Origin: Gammaproteobacteria bacterium
GTDB lineage: Bacteria > Pseudomonadota > Gammaproteobacteria > Eutrophobiales > Eutrophobiaceae
Reading direction: 5' to 3'
Length of the DNA stretch: 64,000 nt
NCBI GenBank assembly: GCA_965116495.1
Contig: OZ220696.1
Location: 320,001-384,000 of the forward strand
Positions within the stretch are counted from its first letter, which is position 1. Each line of letters starts with the position of its first letter. A model generated the notes under the pieces. That model did not search any database. It saw only the letters and a list, made by a program, of their open reading frames with translations, and was not told the DNA's origin. The position numbers and the translations under genes are program-made. Positions 39,106-47,078 of this stretch are shown in pieces.

Positions 39106-40200
39106 ATGTGTGGCCATTACCTGACGAGACTGAAATTTAAGCTTTTACAATCACTTCGGTGCCCGGCTAACGCCAACCTCATAGTCACTGCAATCCTGGT
39201 TCTGCTGGCTCAGCAAGCAGGCGCCGTTACTCCATTCAAGCTGGCCACTTATAAGAATCATGGGGATGAGCGTCCTGCAATTGTATGTGGAGATAACCTG
39301 ATCGATATTGCCGGCGCAAGTCAAAACCTGGATGAGGCGCCTGGCTCTGCACAAGCAGGTGTCCCGGAAAATATGCGCGAATTAATCGAAAACTACGAAT
39401 TACTCAAGCCCCGGTTATACGAAATTTCTGATGAATTCTGCCAGAAGCAAACAAAGGACTTGCCATTTATCTATCCGTTAACAGGGATGACACTGGCAGC
39501 GCCGATCAAGTATCCATACAACCTGTTAGCTGCCGCGGCAAATTATCTGGACCACGCAGAGGAGATGAACAGGGTTACGGATTACGATGTCAGTATCAAC
39601 CCTGAGACGGACGCTCCTTATCTGTTTGCCAAGTCAGCGCGTTCAAGCATTATCGACCCTGGAGAACCCTATTATATTCCTGCCGGACGTGACAAAATTG
39701 ACTGGGAAGGTGAGTTGGCGATTGTCATCGGAAAACCGGCAAAAAATGTCAGTATGGACCAGGTGCATGATTATGTGTTCGGGTACAGCATTATCTATGA
39801 TGTATCCGATCGTGGAAAACAGTACCGTCAGAAACCAATGTTACCAGGACCTGACTGGTTCTCGTCAAAAAGCCGGGATGGTGCAGCGCCGTTTGGCCCA
39901 TATATAGTCCCGAAAGAATTTTTACCTGATCACGATAACCTGCGCTTGATAACCCGTCTGAACGGTGAAGTGGTTCAGGATGGTAATACCGGGGATATGA
40001 TCTTTAACGAAGCGCGCTTGTTGTCGTTTGTTACCTCAATCCTTACCTTATATCCGGGTGACGTGATTGCAACAGGCACGCCTGCCGGTGTGGGCTCAGC
40101 CCGGCGTCCGCAACGCTGGGTTAAGCCCGGAGATGTGGTTGAAATTGAGATTGAAGGAATTGGTACGCTGGTAACACCAATTAAGGCGGAAAAACAGTAA
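39106..40200 (+). CDS. Fumarylacetoacetate hydrolase (FAH) family protein with N-terminal hydrophobic segment
   Basis: NYLDHAEEM, IDWEGELAIVIG, DVSDR and TLYPGDVIATGTPAGVG motifs. Confidence 0.92.
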   Translation: MCGHYLTRLKFKLLQSLRCPANANLIVTAILVLLAQQAGAVTPFKLATYKNHGDERPAIVCGDNLIDIAGASQNLDEAPGSAQAGVPENMRELIENYELLKPRLYEISDEFCQKQTKDLPFIYPLTGMTLAAPIKYPYNLLAAAANYLDHAEEMNRVTDYDVSINPETDAPYLFAKSARSSIIDPGEPYYIPAGRDKIDWEGELAIVIGKPAKNVSMDQVHDYVFGYSIIYDVSDRGKQYRQKPMLPGPDWFSSKSRDGAAPFGPYIVPKEFLPDHDNLRLITRLNGEVVQDGNTGDMIFNEARLLSFVTSILTLYPGDVIATGTPAGVGSARRPQRWVKPGDVVEIEIEGIGTLVTPIKAEKQ

Positions 40201-40211
40201 CGTTACTCTGC

Positions 40212-41270
40212 ATGATCCATTTATGGCTGCGCGCAGAAGCCAAACCGTTTGAACGAAGGGCAGTTCTGACACCGGAAATGGCGGGGAAACTGGTTGCGTC
40301 AGGTTATGCCGTATCGGTTGAAGAATGTGATAACCGCATATTCGACACGGAGCAATACCATCAAGCGGGTTGCCGTATTGCCCCTGCCGCTTCCTGGCAG
40401 GATGCTCCGCCGGACTGTTATGTGCTTGGGTTGAAGGAATTGCCTGAGCCATTACCTTCGTTGCATCACAAGCATATCTATTTTGCCCATGCCTACAAGC
40501 AGCAAAACGGTTGGAAGGAACTATTGGGCAAGTTTACCGATGACGGCGGCCAATTGTTTGACCTGGAATATTTACTGAACGAAAACAGTCAGCGTATCGC
40601 CGCATTTGGTTACTGGGCCGGTTTCGCAGGCGCCGCGCTGGGTATCCTGAACTGGTTGAAGCAACCTGGGACGATGGGGTCAGTCCGCAGTTACCCCGAT
40701 AAAAATCAGCTGCTTGCGGAGGTGGCGAATAAGCTGAAAAAGTCCGGGAAACGTCCGCGGGTCATCATCATCGGCGCCAAGGGGCGTAGCGGCCGCGGCG
40801 CCGCGGAACTCTGTCAAAGCCTGGAGATTGAAACAACTTTATGGGACATGGAAGAAACCGCACAAGGAGGGCCGTTCGTTACAATTCTTGAATACGATAT
40901 CCTGATAAACTGCGTGCTGGTTCAATCAGACACCCGGCCGTTTATAACCAATGACCTGCTGAAAAAAAAACGCTTGCTCACCAGTGTAGTCGACGTCAGT
41001 TGCGACCCGTACAGTGTCTATAACCCGCTACCGGTTTATACTGACTGCACGACATTTTCCCGGCCGTCACTGCATCTCAGAGACGAACCCGTTTTGGACC
41101 TGATCGCCATAGACAATTTACCGTCGATGTTGCCAAAAGAAAGCAGTGAGGATTTTTCAGCGCAACTGCTGGGTGCCTTGCTGGAATTGCCGGATGGCCT
41201 GACCTGGCAGCGCGCGTTGAAACTCTTTGAAGACAAAAAGATCCAGGCCCGGTTAACGGAAGCCGGTTAG
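40212..41270 (+). CDS. Saccharopine dehydrogenase (NAD+, L-lysine-forming), LYS1-like
   Basis: LWLRAEAKPFERR, VLGLKELP, HIYFAHAYKQQ, FGYWAGFAGAA and IDNLPSMLPKESS closely follow Lys1. Confidence 0.88.
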   Translation: MIHLWLRAEAKPFERRAVLTPEMAGKLVASGYAVSVEECDNRIFDTEQYHQAGCRIAPAASWQDAPPDCYVLGLKELPEPLPSLHHKHIYFAHAYKQQNGWKELLGKFTDDGGQLFDLEYLLNENSQRIAAFGYWAGFAGAALGILNWLKQPGTMGSVRSYPDKNQLLAEVANKLKKSGKRPRVIIIGAKGRSGRGAAELCQSLEIETTLWDMEETAQGGPFVTILEYDILINCVLVQSDTRPFITNDLLKKKRLLTSVVDVSCDPYSVYNPLPVYTDCTTFSRPSLHLRDEPVLDLIAIDNLPSMLPKESSEDFSAQLLGALLELPDGLTWQRALKLFEDKKIQARLTEAG

Positions 41271-41286
41271 AAACAGGATACAGGAT

Positions 41287-41313
41287 ATGCGTCACATTCA
41301 CTGGCTGAGAGCA
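41287..41313 (+). pseudogene. Detached original 5' end (MRHIHWL) of the LYS9-like saccharopine dehydrogenase
   Basis: RBS-like aggat plus ATG CGT CAC ATT CAC TGG CTG; joins in frame to GGA GCA GGC CTG at 43754 across the duplicated 16-mer. Confidence 0.75.
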
Positions 41314-41444
41314 AAATCATCGTTTTTTGCGTTCTATTATTTTCCTTTGCGCACCCTAACTATTTGATACTTCTATAATTATTTTGTTGACGGTTATTTT
41401 TCCTTCCTATATAGTTCCGTGTGTATCGTTGGATAAATCGTGGG

Positions 41445-41700
41445 ATGCTGAATATGCTCGCGGAGACCGCGGAGCTGTCGGACGACTCAGTGCTGGTGTT
41501 GTCTGGCGCGTTTCCTGGTCGTCTGTTAAGCGATAACACACATGCGAATTCAGCTTCCGCGTTCGAGGAGACCCACACGCCGCACACCGTCATGGAGGTG
41601 CCGGTTGCGCACACTATTACGAACAAGGCAGAAGATGGATATGCCCGGAGTAACCTGTTTGAGAAACGCCGTGCGTTGATAAAGTCCTGGGCGGGAGTAT
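41445..41700 (+). pseudogene. C-terminal remnant of a P4-like tyrosine integrase
   Basis: ETHTPHTVMEVPVAHTITNKAEDGYARSNLFEKRRALIKSW resembles the AH...AYARSDLFEKRRALM..W tail; the HxxR box and N-terminus are missing. Confidence 0.7.
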
Positions 41701-41749
41701 CTGGCCCGTTAGTTGCAGTTGCCTCAGCCGTCCGTACGAGCCCGCGAAC

Positions 41750-43215
41750 CTATTTTCTGTCCCTGCGCACCGAGGCAACATAAGACAAGCTCGCCTCTGC
41801 GGCTGCAACCCCACTTTTCATGGCGCCATTCAGGGATGGCAAACGCGTGTAGTCGCCCGCAAGGAACAGGCCACGTGCGCATTCGGTCAGTCGCCCACGC
41901 ATGTCATACACATCCCTGAGCATGCCGGCAGGCGAGAGACATATCGCCTCGGGCCAGCGGTAGACCCTGGCGAAGAGAGGATGTTGAGGCATGGCGGGAA
42001 AAAAACGGCGCATCTCTTCAATCACCTGCTGTATAATTACATCATCGTTTAAGGCGAACAGTGCTCTTGCATGTTCGCCAATGATCAGCGCGTGAACCAG
42101 GGTCTTGCCTGGAGGGGCTGCATCCGGAGCCATAGCAACCAAATTCGTAACCATAGTCAGAATGGTAGGAGAACCGGGAGGAAACAGGGCAGCGTGAGAT
42201 CCATCGGCCAGAATGTTCTCATCCAGCCCAAAAGCCAAATTGCAGCACGAGCTGTAACTGACATGTTCAAGCACAGTTCGTATTCCCCCCCCCCCGGTAA
42301 TGCCGGGATGATTCGCGCGGCTATCGTAGCGGTGGTGGCACAAATAACCGCATCGGCTTCGATCTCTTCTCCAGTGGTCATGACGACGCCTCTCACCTGC
42401 CTGTCTTCAAGGATGATTCGCTCGACGGGCGAGGAGACCTGGATGAAACTCGCGCAAGCCTCGGCAAAGGCCTTGCTGAGGGCGGCAATTCCTTGTCTTG
42501 GCAAATAGCTGCGCGTTGCAGGATTGATAGTCCACAGCCAAAGTAACGCCATGCCGTATGCAGCCCCCACCTGTTCGGAAGTCCCGGCAGTAAAGCAGTT
42601 GAGGTCCAGTTCTCCCGCTTGTTTCAGGTATCGGCCAAGGGAATTGGCGCGAGCGAAATCGGCGAAACTATCCCCCGTGTCCAGGTCCAACATGCGAGTA
42701 TGGTCTTCGAAATCGAGGTCCTTGGCGCGCTTCTTCAGGAGCGCGAACAGGCGCATGAATTCCCAATTTCCCGCCAGCGTGTGCTGTGGCGAAAAGAGCA
42801 TGGTGTGAAGGGTCGTCAAAGTCTGTTTCACCGAACCACCCATGTACAGGCCCCAGAACCGGCCGCCGGCGTAGCTTTGGCCGCCTTTACTTTTAGGGCT
42901 TTGGAATAGTTCCACGCCCAAATCGCGTGCAAGGTCTCTAGTAGTTGCGAAAGATTCATGGATGACGCTTGCACCGCCGTACACGTGAAAGCCTTCGATC
43001 TCCTCGCAAAACATGCGCCCGCCGATCTTGTCGGAGGCTTCCAACACCCGAATGTTGCAGTTGCTCTCCGTGTGACTGGCAGCGAGTCTCCAGGCTGCAG
43101 CGAGACCGGCCGCTCCGGCTCCGACAACTAGGATTTCTGATCCCTTCGAACGTCGGACTCGTTTACGAGTCGAACCAGTCTCACGAGTAGCCATATTATA
43201 GTCCTCACGTCCCAC
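41750..43215 (-). pseudogene. FAD-dependent oxidoreductase (amine oxidase/protoporphyrinogen oxidase-like), frameshifted at a G11 tract
   Basis: VVGAGAAGLAAA...LEASDKIGGR in ORF 42157..43215 and LFLAGDY...GAMKSG in ORF 41750..42343; frames switch at C11 (42285-42295). Confidence 0.8.
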
Positions 43216-43705
43216 CCAAAATTGAAATGCTAAGTAGTATCACATCCAATTGCACCTGAATCAAACTCAACTGAGATTGCCGTATGTGTGCGTGCCGGCC
43301 CATATGCACCGCTGGTGTAGAACTTGATCATCATGAGGCAGCAGATTCCGTAACGCCCAATCAATGTCGATGAGACGGCGCAGCAAGTCAATCTCCCCCG
43401 GCCATTGCTGCCGGTTGGTGGCCCGGGCATTTTAATTTAAATTGTTGCCAATACGACGGACCGCGCTGATACTGCCCACTGTACCGTGTGCGCGCATGTC
43501 GGGCTGCATGACTTCCCATGCAACACGGAATTTTCCCCTCGTTATTTTCCGGCGTGTTAAATTTGGGCCGACACCTGCACTTAGAGGGAAACCGGGACAA
43601 TTACATCGCTCGCATAACGGATTTATAATAGCAGAGATCGTGCTTAAATATCCTGCAAAAGTTGTGGGATCGATTGTGTGAAAATGGTTGTTCGTATATT
43701 ATAAA

Positions 43706-44893
43706 ATGTCATATAAATCAACTAGATATTATGTAAAACATACTCACTGGCTGGGAGCAGGCCTGTCATCGGTGCCGGGGATCCGCCGGCTGGCAATGAT
43801 GGATTACCCCATGACCGTATGGAACAGGACGCCGGCGAAAGCGCAGGCTGCTATTGCCGGTATCAGGCCGGTAGAAGCCGTTGCCCGGGAGTTGGATTGG
43901 ACGCGGTTGGCATCCGGGGTCAAGCCGGGTAATGTAGTGGTATCGATGCTGCCTGCATCCATGCATCTGCGCACGGCGGAACTTTGCCTGGAGAACGGCG
44001 CTCATTTTGTTACTTCCAGTTATATTTCCGGAGAAATGGCTGCGCTGGATGAACAGGTGAAGATGAAGCAACTCTGTTTCGTCAACGAGTGCGGCCTTGA
44101 CCCGGGGTTGGACCACCTGTTTGCCCATGCTTTACTGGATGACTACAGGGGGAGTCCTGTCTTTGAGCCTGGAAACACGGTCACGTTTCATTCTTACTGC
44201 GGCGGCTTTCCACTGCATGCGGATGACTTCACCTACAAGTTTTCCTGGTCGCCGCTCGGTGTTTTGAAAGCGTTGATATCCCCGGCGCGGTGGATTGCCC
44301 GGGGCGAGGAACGCAGCACCGAAACGCCTTACAGGGAAATCGAAACTTATCTTGTTAACGGGGAAAGCTTTGAGGCTTATCCCAACCGTGATTCATTGCC
44401 GTTCATCAGCCAGTACGGGATCCAGAGTAGTTGGAATATCGAAGATTTTGTGCGCGGCACACTGCGGCTTAACGGCTGGGCAAAGGCCTGGCAGGACATT
44501 TTCGAAACGGTGGAGAATGCAACCGGGGCAGCCGGGGAGCAACGCCTTGCCGGGTTGAGTGAAGAGTTGTGGCAGCGACACCAGTATGCAGAGGGAGAAC
44601 CGGATCGGGTTGTTTTGAGTGTGGAATTAGGAGTCAAGGACAAAACGGGCAAGCAGGTATGGCGCCGGCGGTATCTCCTGGACAGTACCGGTAATGAACG
44701 GGGTTCAGCCATGGCCAGGCTGGTCTCTGTTCCGGTTTCACTGGTGGTTGAGGCCATACTGAACAATGAAGTCGAAGCCGGCGTAACGCCTGTGCCATCG
44801 GACAGGGGACACGTTAACAGGTGGATTGGGTTGCTACGCAGGTCGGGTGAGAATATCGTTGTTAAGGAGTTGCCGATAGAACCAGCGGTTTAA
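43706..44893 (+). CDS. Saccharopine dehydrogenase/reductase (LYS9-like); native start replaced by element-derived sequence
   Basis: HWLGAGLSS, TSSY, NECGLDPGLDHL, SYCGG, YKFSWSPLGVL, YPNRDSL and RGTLR motifs. Confidence 0.85.
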   Translation: MSYKSTRYYVKHTHWLGAGLSSVPGIRRLAMMDYPMTVWNRTPAKAQAAIAGIRPVEAVARELDWTRLASGVKPGNVVVSMLPASMHLRTAELCLENGAHFVTSSYISGEMAALDEQVKMKQLCFVNECGLDPGLDHLFAHALLDDYRGSPVFEPGNTVTFHSYCGGFPLHADDFTYKFSWSPLGVLKALISPARWIARGEERSTETPYREIETYLVNGESFEAYPNRDSLPFISQYGIQSSWNIEDFVRGTLRLNGWAKAWQDIFETVENATGAAGEQRLAGLSEELWQRHQYAEGEPDRVVLSVELGVKDKTGKQVWRRRYLLDSTGNERGSAMARLVSVPVSLVVEAILNNEVEAGVTPVPSDRGHVNRWIGLLRRSGENIVVKELPIEPAV

Positions 44894-45158
44894 CGTTTTT
44901 GAGATTAGTCGTCCTCTTTGCATGCCACAAATCGTATTGATCTTGTAATGCCAACCAACTCTCTGGCGAACGGCCTAATGTCTTAGCCAAACGTAAAGCC
45001 ATTGCAGGAGAGATATTGCTATCGCCATTTAACAAACGAGCAAGCGTAGAGGGTGATACTTCAAGATTCAAGGCAACCTTTCTGACACTGAGCTTGAAAG
45101 GTTCAATATAAGTCTCTCTGATAAACTCACCCGGATGAGGCGGGTTATACATGCTCAT
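44862..45158 (-). CDS. higA: HigA family antitoxin (XRE HTH)
   Basis: MYNPPHPGEFIRE...ISPAMALRL...SPESWLALQ. Confidence 0.93.
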   Translation of the reverse strand: MSMYNPPHPGEFIRETYIEPFKLSVRKVALNLEVSPSTLARLLNGDSNISPAMALRLAKTLGRSPESWLALQDQYDLWHAKRTTNLKNVKPLVLSATP

Positions 45159-45436
45159 TAATGATAATCCTCATAGTTAACAATATAGATATTACCTTCT
45201 TCAAATTTGAAGGTGATGCGCCAATTCCCATTGACAGAAATCGACCAGATTTCCTTTCTTTCACCCTTCAGCTTATGCAGTCTGTAACCTGGGATATCCA
45301 AATCCCTAATGATGGTTGCCGTATTTAAGGCCGCTAACTGCATCCTGAGTCGTTTCCGATGAGCAGGTTGAATTCCACTCGTGCTACCGGTTTCGTAGAA
45401 GCGTTGCAGTCCCTTATGCTTAAACGATTTGATCAC
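45158..45436 (-). CDS. higB: HigB/RelE family toxin
   Basis: MIKSFKHKGL...LHKLKG...WSISVNGNWRITF...YEDYH; toxin-first gene order. Confidence 0.93.
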   Translation of the reverse strand: MIKSFKHKGLQRFYETGSTSGIQPAHRKRLRMQLAALNTATIIRDLDIPGYRLHKLKGERKEIWSISVNGNWRITFKFEEGNIYIVNYEDYH

Positions 45437-45490
45437 TCACCAAGTATAGCGTATTGCGCACCACGCAACAAGGCCGCTTCCTGAAAGGTA

Positions 45491-45509
45491 TGGCGGAGAG
45501 AGAGGGATT
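45491..45509 (-). other. tRNA-Ser 3'-end fragment (att-site-like remnant)
   Basis: Reverse complement aatccctctctctccgcca matches the T-arm/acceptor/CCA end of bacterial tRNA-Ser; the rest of the tRNA is absent. Confidence 0.6.
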
Positions 45510-45527
45510 GCTTCATAATCACTTTCC

Positions 45528-46772
45528 ATGGAGAAGTATTCTTTTACAAAAATCCTCTACCATGCGCTCAGGGGCCACAAGCGCTGGCAGCCGGCCTGGC
45601 GTTCGCCGGAGCTGAAGAAATCCTATGACGTAGTCGTAATCGGCGGGGGAGGCCATGGTCTTGCCACGGCTTATTTCCTGGCGAAGAAGCACGGGGTCAC
45701 CAACGTCGCGGTGCTGGAACGCGGCTGGATAGGGGGCGGCAACAGCGGCCGCAATACCCAGGTGACCCGGTCAAACTATTTTTACCCGGAAAGCGCAGCG
45801 TTCTTCGAGCACTCCCTGAAGCTGTACGAAAGCATGAGCCGGGATCTGAATATCAACGTGATGTTCAGCCAGCGCGGCGTGCTGAACCTTGCCCACAGCG
45901 ATCATGACATGGAGATGCTCAGCCGCTGGACCAATGCCATCCAACTCAACGGTATCGATTCCGAGGTACTGACACCGCAGCAGATCAAGGAGATGGAACC
46001 GGTTATCGATATCAATGCGCGTTTTCCCATAGCCGGCGGATTTATCCAGAGGCGCGGCGGTATCTCCCGCCACGACGCGGTCAACTGGGGTTATGCCCGC
46101 GCCGCCGATGCACTGGGGGTGGATATTATCCAGAACTGTACCGTCACAGGTTTCAATATCAGTAATGGCATGGTTACCGGAGTACGCACATCGCTCGGGG
46201 ATATTTCGGCGGGTAAAGTACATATCACGGTAGCCGGGCACACGAGTGTGCTCGCGAAAATGGCGGGTTTTGGTCTGCCCTTGACCAGCATGGCGCTGCA
46301 GGCCATGGTGTCGGAGCCGATCAAACCGGCGCTTAACCTGGTGACCGTGTCCGGCCCCATACACATGTATGCCAGCCAGTCGGACCGCGGGGAGATTATC
46401 CTGGGCGCAGGCGCGGACGTGTACAATTCCTATGCCCAGCGCGGCAGTTACGATAACATCGAATCCTGCGTGGCAGCGTTCCTGACCCTGTATCCCGGGT
46501 TCAGCCGCCTGAAGCTCATGCGCCAGTGGGCAGGTATCGTGGATATTTCGCCCGATACCAGCCCCATCATGGGCAGGACCCCGGTGCAGAACCTCTACAT
46601 CAACTGCGGTTGGGGGACCGGCGGTTACAAGGCCATCCCGGCGAGCGGTGATACCATGGCTTATACCATCGTTAAAGACCGGCCTCATACATTGATAAAA
46701 CCCTTCTCCCTGGAGCGTTTCGAAAGCGGCGCCCTGGTGGACGAATCGGCGGCGGCAGGTGTCGCGCACTAG
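45528..46772 (+). CDS. soxB: Sarcosine oxidase subunit beta
   Basis: YDVVVIGGGGHGLATAY, GGGNSGRNT, RHDAVNWGYAR and C-terminal AAAGVAH. Confidence 0.93.
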   Translation: MEKYSFTKILYHALRGHKRWQPAWRSPELKKSYDVVVIGGGGHGLATAYFLAKKHGVTNVAVLERGWIGGGNSGRNTQVTRSNYFYPESAAFFEHSLKLYESMSRDLNINVMFSQRGVLNLAHSDHDMEMLSRWTNAIQLNGIDSEVLTPQQIKEMEPVIDINARFPIAGGFIQRRGGISRHDAVNWGYARAADALGVDIIQNCTVTGFNISNGMVTGVRTSLGDISAGKVHITVAGHTSVLAKMAGFGLPLTSMALQAMVSEPIKPALNLVTVSGPIHMYASQSDRGEIILGAGADVYNSYAQRGSYDNIESCVAAFLTLYPGFSRLKLMRQWAGIVDISPDTSPIMGRTPVQNLYINCGWGTGGYKAIPASGDTMAYTIVKDRPHTLIKPFSLERFESGALVDESAAAGVAH

Positions 46773-46784
46773 GCCGGATATCTC

Positions 46785-47078
46785 ATGTTCCGTATCTCCT
46801 GTCCTTTCTGCGGTGAGCGTGATGAGCATGAGTTCGTCTTCGGCGGACAGGCTCATATAGCGCGGCCTGCACCGGCCGAGCAGGTTTCGGACCGGGAGTG
46901 GGCCGAATATCTTTTTTTTCGTGATAATCCCAAGGGGGTTCACCTGGAACGCTGGCAACACCGCCATGGGTGCCGGCAGTGGTTCAATATTGCTCGTCAT
47001 ACGGTGAGCCATGAGATCCTGGCCGTGTATCGCCTCGATGAAGCAGCCCCTGATGTGAACCGGGAAGAAACGGTATGA
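46785..47078 (+). CDS. soxD: Sarcosine oxidase subunit delta
   Basis: CPFCGERDEHEF...ERWQHRHGCRQWFN. Confidence 0.93.
   Translation: MFRISCPFCGERDEHEFVFGGQAHIARPAPAEQVSDREWAEYLFFRDNPKGVHLERWQHRHGCRQWFNIARHTVSHEILAVYRLDEAAPDVNREETV

Larger units (their letters stand above)
41298..43759. mobile_element. Degenerate integrative element bounded by 16-bp direct repeats (attL/attR-like)
   Basis: tcactggctgagagca (41298-41313) vs tcactggctgggagca (43744-43759); integrase remnant inside; IHF-like sites near both ends; AT-rich flanks. Confidence 0.75.

Noticed and set aside
43230-43690. Small ORFs inside the integrative element
   Set aside because: No recognisable motifs; probably decayed sequence
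45771-47012. Long antisense ORFs (e.g. 413 aa here, 382 aa at 30987, 334 aa at 47897, 286 aa at 8033)
   Set aside because: They are shadows of well-supported genes on the opposite strand in GC-rich coding DNA and show no motifs
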